From positions 65,035-129,034 of the forward strand of contig JAPLYG010000016.1 of assembly GCA_026395685.1 (NCBI GenBank): a stretch of DNA of 64,000 nucleotides, read 5' to 3'. Within the stretch, counting starts at the first letter, position 1. Each line of letters starts with the position of its first letter. This DNA is from Candidatus Parcubacteria bacterium (GTDB lineage Bacteria; Patescibacteriota; Patescibacteriia; CAIXNZ01). Positions 57,554-64,000 of the stretch are shown here, one piece after another. Both the position numbers and the translations under genes were made by a program. The notes beneath the pieces are model-generated. The model was not told the DNA's origin and made no database searches. It was given only the letters and a program-made list of their open reading frames with translations.

Positions 57554-57660
57554 TTTTCCTCCTTCTCTTAAGGACCCTAAGACTTTCTCGCAAAAACGGA
57601 AAACCGCCTTGCTTCGGCCTGCCTGCCGTAGCTTCAGCGAAGGCAGGACTTCTAAGATTA

Positions 57661-60024
57661 TCACCTCTTCCGATTTAAGTCAATGGTAGTCTTTATAACC
57701 GTATCGGGATTTAATGACAGGCTATCAATCCCCTCGTCTCTTAAGAATTTAGCATATTCAGGAAAATCGCTGGGCGCCTGTCCGCAAATGCCGATTTTTA
57801 TTTTCTTTTGTTTGGCTATTTTAATTGCCTGCTTAAGCAAAAGTTTCACAGCCTCATTGCGTTCATCAGCAATTTGAGAAATTAATTCTGAGTCGCGGTC
57901 CAAACCTAAAGTCAGCTGGGTCAAATCATTTGACCCGATTGAAAAACCGTCAAAAATATCAGCAAATTTATCAGCTAGAATAACATTGCTGGGAATTTCT
58001 ACCATGACATAGACTTCCAGGCCGTTTTTACCCTGAGTCAATCCGTTTTGCCTTAAAATTTTAATTACCTTTTTACCCTCATCAATCGTGCGGCAAAACG
58101 GGATCATAACCTTAACATTGGTTAAGCCCATTTCATCCCTGACTTTTTTAATGGCTTTACATTCCAAATCAAAAGCCGGCTTAAATTTAGGATCATAATA
58201 GCGTGAAGCCCCGCGCCAGCCAATCATGGGATTGGCTTCTTTGGGTTCATATAATTCTCCGCCAATAAGATTGGCATATTCATTGGTTTTAAAATCTGAA
58301 AAACGCACAATCACATCTTTGGGATAAAAAGCAGCCGCAATCTGAGCAATGCCATAAGCTAATTGGTCGACATAAAATTGCGTTTTATTTTGATACGCCG
58401 AAGTTAATTCCTCAATTTCACTTTTTAAATTCGTCGATAATCCGTGATAATTCGTAAGCGCTAGCGGATGAATTTTAATATATGAAGTAATAATAAATTC
58501 CAAACGGGCCAGGCCAACTCCGCTATTTGGCAAAAAAGAATATTTAAATCCCTGAGTCGGATCACCCAAGTTCATCATTATATTAACTTTTGGCTTTCTA
58601 ATTTTTTTCAAATTGGTTGTCTTGACCTTAAAAGGCAATGTTCCCTGATAAACCTTGCCAATTTCGCCTTCAGCGCAGCTGACTGTCACCGGCTGTCCGT
58701 CTTTCAATATTTTCCTGGCATTTTTTGTACCTACAATCGCCGGTACGCCCAATTCGCGGGAAACAATGGCTGCATGGCAGGTGCGACCGCCGGAATCCGT
58801 TATAATAGCAGCGGCTTTTTTCATGACCGGCTCCCAATCGGGATCTGTCATTTCTGTAACCAAAACTTCTCCGGGCTGAAACTGATTTAATTCCTTAACA
58901 TGTTTTATTACCCGCACTTTACCGCTTGCTATTTTCTGTCCGATACTTTCGCCGGTAATCAAAATTTTACTTTTTTGACTTAATAAAAATTGTTCTAAAA
59001 TATTGGGATTAACGCCGAATTTAACTGTTTCCGGCCGAGCCTGAACAATATATAATTTCTTTTCCCTGCCGTCTTTAGCCCATTCAATATCCATGGGGCG
59101 TTTATAATATTTTTCAATCAGCAATGCCCATTTGGCTAATTGTAAAATTTCCTTATCAGACAAAGAAAACTGCTTGCGCTCTTTCCTGGAAACCAAAATA
59201 TTTTTAGTCGAAATTGCTAAATTTTGAGTGTAAATTAATTTTTGTTTTTTGGTGCCTAATTCCTTTTTAATAATTGCCATCTTTGGCTTATAGACAAAAA
59301 ATTCATCGGGAGTTACCCGCCCTTTTACCACATTTTCTCCCAAGCCATAAGCTGAATTAATTATTACTAAATCCTTAAAACCGGATTCAGTATCAATAGT
59401 AAATATTACCCCGGCTGTTGCCAAATCAGACCTTATCATTTTCTGAATGCCGACTGAAAGATAGACTTTGTCATGCCTGAACTTCTGATCAATACGGTAT
59501 GAAATTGCCCGGTCAGTATAAAGGGAAGCAAAACATTTTCTAACGGCCAAAAGTAATTCTTTAGAACCTCTAATATTCAGATAAGACTCCTGCTGGCCGG
59601 CAAACGATGCTGTAGGCAGATCCTCAGCCGTGGCAGATGAACGCACAGCCACGTCAACATTAACTGCGCGATATTGCTTAGATAAATTCTGGTAATCTTT
59701 AATAATCTGAGTTTCCAAATCAGCGGGGAATTTACCGCGTAAAACCATTTGCCTGATTTTTTGTCCGGCTATTTCCAGCTCCTTGCCCTTATTTTTGCCC
59801 AATTTTTGCAGAATTTTATTTATTTCTCTGCGTAAATTATTGTACTCTAAAAAGTACTTGAAAGCTTCAGCAGTAGTACAGAATCCGTCAGGAATAATAA
59901 TGCCTTTAGGTTTTAATTTCCTCAGCATTTCGCCCAAAGAGGCATTTTTTCCGCCGACTTTGCCGACGTCCTTAATTGTGACTTGGGAAAATTTTAAAAT
60001 GTAATTTTTCATAATTTTATTCAT
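57661..60024 (-). CDS. ppsA: Phosphoenolpyruvate synthase
   Basis: VGGKNASLGEM, AVRSSATAED, GGRTCHAAI, FSIGSNDLTQ, GICGQAPSD. Confidence 0.96.
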   Translation of the reverse strand: MNKIMKNYILKFSQVTIKDVGKVGGKNASLGEMLRKLKPKGIIIPDGFCTTAEAFKYFLEYNNLRREINKILQKLGKNKGKELEIAGQKIRQMVLRGKFPADLETQIIKDYQNLSKQYRAVNVDVAVRSSATAEDLPTASFAGQQESYLNIRGSKELLLAVRKCFASLYTDRAISYRIDQKFRHDKVYLSVGIQKMIRSDLATAGVIFTIDTESGFKDLVIINSAYGLGENVVKGRVTPDEFFVYKPKMAIIKKELGTKKQKLIYTQNLAISTKNILVSRKERKQFSLSDKEILQLAKWALLIEKYYKRPMDIEWAKDGREKKLYIVQARPETVKFGVNPNILEQFLLSQKSKILITGESIGQKIASGKVRVIKHVKELNQFQPGEVLVTEMTDPDWEPVMKKAAAIITDSGGRTCHAAIVSRELGVPAIVGTKNARKILKDGQPVTVSCAEGEIGKVYQGTLPFKVKTTNLKKIRKPKVNIMMNLGDPTQGFKYSFLPNSGVGLARLEFIITSYIKIHPLALTNYHGLSTNLKSEIEELTSAYQNKTQFYVDQLAYGIAQIAAAFYPKDVIVRFSDFKTNEYANLIGGELYEPKEANPMIGWRGASRYYDPKFKPAFDLECKAIKKVRDEMGLTNVKVMIPFCRTIDEGKKVIKILRQNGLTQGKNGLEVYVMVEIPSNVILADKFADIFDGFSIGSNDLTQLTLGLDRDSELISQIADERNEAVKLLLKQAIKIAKQKKIKIGICGQAPSDFPEYAKFLRDEGIDSLSLNPDTVIKTTIDLNRKR

Positions 60025-60144
60025 AATAATCAAACATCAATAATCAATATACAAACAAACACTAAATTATAATTGCCAAATAACTAAACAGATTTAAAAT
60101 TATACATTTAGTTATTAGATATTGTTTGATTATTGGTGATTATT
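60024..60144. repeat. Family A fold-back element upstream of ppsA
   Basis: aatcaaacatcaataatcaatatacaaacaaac ... attgtttgattattggtgattatt. Confidence 0.75.
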
Positions 60145-60155
60145 TAATACAAGAA

Positions 60156-63100
60156 TTAAAAGCTAGCCACGATTGTAATAATAACCGTCTGGCTATAACT
60201 TCCCGGCAATGTCGCTCCGCTGATCGAAGCGCTATGGCATAATGTAATCGAATCGTCTCCTGTTCCAAAGGCTATGGCAAAGGACTTGTCTGTTGTAGCC
60301 AGCGCCGTAGCATTGGATTCCGTAATTCCCTGATTATTTAATTGAGTGCAAGATAAGCCATTATTTATTTTAACAATATCAACGCTATCGCTCTCACTGG
60401 TAGAAAGACCATACTCTTCATAATTTGCAGTCACATACCCGTCACTGACATTTGTAAAATTATTACTGCCGTAACTAAAATTGCCAATTGTCCGGATATA
60501 GGCGACATATCCATTAGAAGCATTGGTGCTGATATCAATATCATAACTGCAAGTGCTAATTTCCGAAGCAATGAAATTGCCAAACTCGCAATAACTCTTC
60601 GACAATGAAATTGTCATTTCTGGTTCAATGGAAACATCAATATTCATCTCCAAGATTTCAGCTCCCAGCACATTTAATTTTCCGACTAACTGATATCCAA
60701 CATTTCCAAGCGTATCCGCACCCTTAACGCATAAATAATCAGTATACGTAGTGCTAATAGTAAAGTCAGTACTATTGGTAAATGAATTGCCGTAAGTATC
60801 AGAGCCATTACAGGTGCTGTCGGCGCTAAAGCCGTATTGCACTGAAGAAGCATTTAAATTCGCATCCGCTGCCGTAACATTAATGGTATCTGTGGCCACC
60901 GGACCGGCCTCTGTCCCCTCATTAACAACAAAAGTAGGCACCAGATTATCAACTTCAAAATTTGCTGAAGACTGGGGAGTGCCGTCATCAGTAAAATCAT
61001 TAGGCGTTACCCTGACCTTGATATCACTTTGATCTCCGGTTAAAGTGCCGTTACCGTTAGAAGCTGATTTGGTATCCCAGACTATAGTTAAAGTGACACT
61101 GGCAAAATCATCAGTATCAATGCCGTTTACTGTACCCACCTGATAAGTCTGAACGTCATCTAAATCAATTGCCCCATTATTTGGCGCGGCTGAAACTAAA
61201 TCAGGATCGTACCAATTTGTACCGCCGTCATCGGAATATTCAACTTTTAACTTTGTTTCAGAAGAATCTCCGTCAGCAATCGTAGTCTGAAAACTTATAT
61301 AACCTGAAGCGTCTGCATATTGGCTGATAGTTCCCGGCGTAGTCGCTGTCGGCTCTGTATTACCTAGTTCACCTAATTGAAAATCACTAAAGCTGGTTAA
61401 ACCTGTTGTCTGGGTGCTGGTAGATGTTTTTGTTCCAACCGTAGGGTATGACCAGGCAGAGCCTGACCATTTTCCCACTAACAAATTTGAAGTATTTGTC
61501 CCGCCGTCCAAATCACCTGGATTAATAAAATTAAATATTGCGCTGTAATTATTGAAAACAATTCCCGAATTGGTGGCTGTCCAGTATCTGTTTACACTTT
61601 TACTGGGATTTAAATTAGCGCTAGAAATATTGGGATGGTCGCCTGCTGTTGTTGATATGGTCAGATCACCGGGGGTTGTAATAGAGCCAAAGGCAATATC
61701 AGCCGGCGTATAATTTGATGAATCACCGATTTCAAAGGTTTTACTGAGAGCGCCTCCGCTAAAATATTTCTTTAAATTGCCGATAATATAACCGGAATTG
61801 CGGGAAACACTCCCTGTTACATTAATATAAAGGCTATTTGATCCTGTTACGATATTGCCGGAAGTAAGAGTTAAAACCAAAGCAACTGTGGCATCGCCGC
61901 CTAGCGTAGCAGAACCGCTTGCCTGATTAATTGTCAAATTCCTATAATAAATCCCTCTGATTGTCTGAGATGAGCCGTTATAAATCACGGTATTACCGGG
62001 ATTAGTAGCAGTAAAATTCGCAATATCGCAAGTACCGCCAATATATATTTTTGTATTAATATTCTGGTTAAATGTACCGGTTCCGCTTAAAGAATGAGTA
62101 ACAATCAAATTAGTACTGCCATTCTGTACAGTTACTCCGTTAACAACCATATCATAGATTGTAACATTGCCGCTAATAACGGGGGCATTGGCATCAAAAG
62201 TGATTGTCCCGGTGCCTAATGAAAGGGTGCCGTTATTAGTTAAATTACCTTGGAAGGTAATATTGGAATTATCAGGATTAGTAAAGCTGCTGTTGGTGAC
62301 ACTGCCCCTGTATATTTTTACGCCAGTGCCTGAATTTATCATGGTACCACTGCCTGTAAGAGTGCCTGTGACATCAAAAGTATAATTTGAGCCTATAGAC
62401 AATGAACAGCCTGTCCCTAAAAGTAAAGCGCCGCCTACTGTCAGATTAGCGCCTGTAATACCCGTGGCGCTATTCCAAAGGGTAAGATTATTATCAATCG
62501 TTGTTACATCAGTTAAAGTCTTTAAGCCGGTTTGATATAATTCCAAATTATAATATTCAACGGCTTTAACGGTTTGAGCTGAACCACCATATCTCACATA
62601 ATTGCCGCTTGCTGTTGCTGTCAGAGTAGTAATAGTGGAGGTGCCGGTAATGGTTAATCTGGCATTAGTGCCCTGGGTCACTCCGCCTGTCCCGTCTAAA
62701 GCAGTACTGACAGTTAAGGCCGAGGTGCAATTATTAGTTAGAGTAACGCCGTTAACCGTAAGTTTAGCAATAGTTTGGGCAGAGTCACAGTTGAAAATAG
62801 GACTATTGGCGTCAAATGTCATGATACCGCTTCCGACATCCAGCACGCCATTTGCTGTAAGATCATTCTTAAATGTAATATTGGAATTATTTGCATTTCT
62901 AAAAGCGCCGGTGTTATTTATAGTGACATCACCATAATATGTTTTAACGGCAGTGCCTGAATTTGCCAAGGTGCCGGTGACTGTAGTATTGCCGGTAACA
63001 GCTAAAGTATAATTGCTACCGGTAGTGAATGTAGAGAAGGAACCGACTGTAAAATCTCCGCCGATGGTCATATTGGCTGCTGTAGTCGCAGTTAATACTG

Positions 63101-63935
63101 CTGTGCCGGAAGTGGTAAGGTTGCCGTTGATTGTCGTTACTCCGGTTAAAGTTTTGACGCCGCTGGTGCTTAAAGATAAATTGGCATAAGTAACCGGCTT
63201 TACTGTCTGCGCTGTGCCGTTGTAATTGACTGTATTGCCGGCATTGCTGGAAGCATCTAACCCTGTGATGGTTAAATTTGCTGCCGTGGCTCCAATATTT
63301 AAAGTAGCGCTAGCGCCATTGGTCAAAGTACTGGACCCGGCTAATTTCGTGCTTACAGTCAAAATGCCGTTATTTGTGACTGTATTATTAACTGTTAAAA
63401 ATGGTATTGCTCCGGTGCCGGAAATAGTAGTGCTGGCTCCGGTCATGGTAATGCTTACTGTTGTGCTGGCTATACTGGTACTGTTGGCAATTAAACTGCC
63501 TGAAGTAGTTATAATGGCTGCGGCTGATCCGGTTATATTGCCCCCGCTATTTACAGCTACTCCGCCGGAACCGACTGTCAAAGTATAGGTAGTTGCGCCA
63601 AAAGCCAAAGTGCCGGTAATACTTAAACTCTGAGCAACTGCACCGCTTGATAAATCCATAGTAACTATCGCTCCGGTGGCAATCGTCACATCATCACTGG
63701 CTGTCGGCACATTGCCACAGCTCCAGGTGCCTGGAGTATTCCAATTACCGCTACTCGCGGCATTACAGCCAGCTGCTTTTACCTTATGAAAACCTAAAAA
63801 GTAAATGACAAAAATACTCACCGCTAATAAAAACACGGAAAGCACTATTTTTTTTGCTCCCAAGCCCCCTGAAACTCGTTTTTTTACTTTAATGGGCTCT
63901 TTTTTCTTCAATTTTGTTTTCTTAGAATTAGCCAC
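60156..63935 (-). CDS. Large beta-helix/beta-strand-repeat surface protein (adhesin-like)
   Basis: TM; SGNWNTPGTWSCGNVPTASDDVTI; Thr/Gly/Asn-rich repeats with recurring NTVxYxG..QTV..Y.NL; likely GTG start 63935. Confidence 0.8.
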   Translation of the reverse strand: MANSKKTKLKKKEPIKVKKRVSGGLGAKKIVLSVFLLAVSIFVIYFLGFHKVKAAGCNAASSGNWNTPGTWSCGNVPTASDDVTIATGAIVTMDLSSGAVAQSLSITGTLAFGATTYTLTVGSGGVAVNSGGNITGSAAAIITTSGSLIANSTSIASTTVSITMTGASTTISGTGAIPFLTVNNTVTNNGILTVSTKLAGSSTLTNGASATLNIGATAANLTITGLDASSNAGNTVNYNGTAQTVKPVTYANLSLSTSGVKTLTGVTTINGNLTTSGTAVLTATTAANMTIGGDFTVGSFSTFTTGSNYTLAVTGNTTVTGTLANSGTAVKTYYGDVTINNTGAFRNANNSNITFKNDLTANGVLDVGSGIMTFDANSPIFNCDSAQTIAKLTVNGVTLTNNCTSALTVSTALDGTGGVTQGTNARLTITGTSTITTLTATASGNYVRYGGSAQTVKAVEYYNLELYQTGLKTLTDVTTIDNNLTLWNSATGITGANLTVGGALLLGTGCSLSIGSNYTFDVTGTLTGSGTMINSGTGVKIYRGSVTNSSFTNPDNSNITFQGNLTNNGTLSLGTGTITFDANAPVISGNVTIYDMVVNGVTVQNGSTNLIVTHSLSGTGTFNQNINTKIYIGGTCDIANFTATNPGNTVIYNGSSQTIRGIYYRNLTINQASGSATLGGDATVALVLTLTSGNIVTGSNSLYINVTGSVSRNSGYIIGNLKKYFSGGALSKTFEIGDSSNYTPADIAFGSITTPGDLTISTTAGDHPNISSANLNPSKSVNRYWTATNSGIVFNNYSAIFNFINPGDLDGGTNTSNLLVGKWSGSAWSYPTVGTKTSTSTQTTGLTSFSDFQLGELGNTEPTATTPGTISQYADASGYISFQTTIADGDSSETKLKVEYSDDGGTNWYDPDLVSAAPNNGAIDLDDVQTYQVGTVNGIDTDDFASVTLTIVWDTKSASNGNGTLTGDQSDIKVRVTPNDFTDDGTPQSSANFEVDNLVPTFVVNEGTEAGPVATDTINVTAADANLNASSVQYGFSADSTCNGSDTYGNSFTNSTDFTISTTYTDYLCVKGADTLGNVGYQLVGKLNVLGAEILEMNIDVSIEPEMTISLSKSYCEFGNFIASEISTCSYDIDISTNASNGYVAYIRTIGNFSYGSNNFTNVSDGYVTANYEEYGLSTSESDSVDIVKINNGLSCTQLNNQGITESNATALATTDKSFAIAFGTGDDSITLCHSASISGATLPGSYSQTVIITIVASF

Positions 63936-63945
63936 ATTTATTAAA

Positions 63946-64000
63946 ATAATCAAACCTCAATAATCAATCAACAAACAAATACTAAATTCTAACCTTCAAA
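63946..64000. repeat. Family A element, left arm (truncated by window end)
   Basis: aatcaaacctcaataatcaatcaacaaacaaatactaaattctaa. Confidence 0.65.

Overview
AT-rich bacterial chromosome segment using the standard genetic code. Gene content and the mostly SD-less, A/T-rich start contexts suggest a Patescibacteria/CPR genome, ABY1-like (inference). It contains: (i) cell-envelope glycan genes (rmlB fragment, rmlC, GT2/GT4/GT9/GT-C glycosyltransferases, UDP-GlcA decarboxylase-like, GtrA, Wzy/O-antigen ligase-like, Wzz-like, methyltransferase, radical SAM); (ii) large surface proteins, three adjacent ones sharing a ~140-aa module, plus an ECF sigma factor and a putative anti-sigma; (iii) housekeeping genes (arfB, smpB, tmRNA, infC-rpmI-rplT, cyclophilin, tRNA-Asp, pgi, lgt, ppsA). 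The most notable feature is a layer of tiny mobile-looking DNA. About 20 intergenic fold-back microsatellite elements in several sequence families sit at gene junctions; some enclose or flank GxxExxY or four-helix-bundle genes, and one tandem pair traps a diverged relic of the neighbouring gene's C-terminus. A ~150-bp structured repeat array anchored on the tRNA-Asp 3' end carries a small GIY-YIG nuclease and relic C-termini of related nucleases. Two REP-associated tyrosine transposases each carry a REP palindrome in frame, and there are two BIME-like REP arrays and several 20-40 bp palindromic mini-insertions. No CRISPR-Cas, prophage, integrase or reverse transcriptase was seen.
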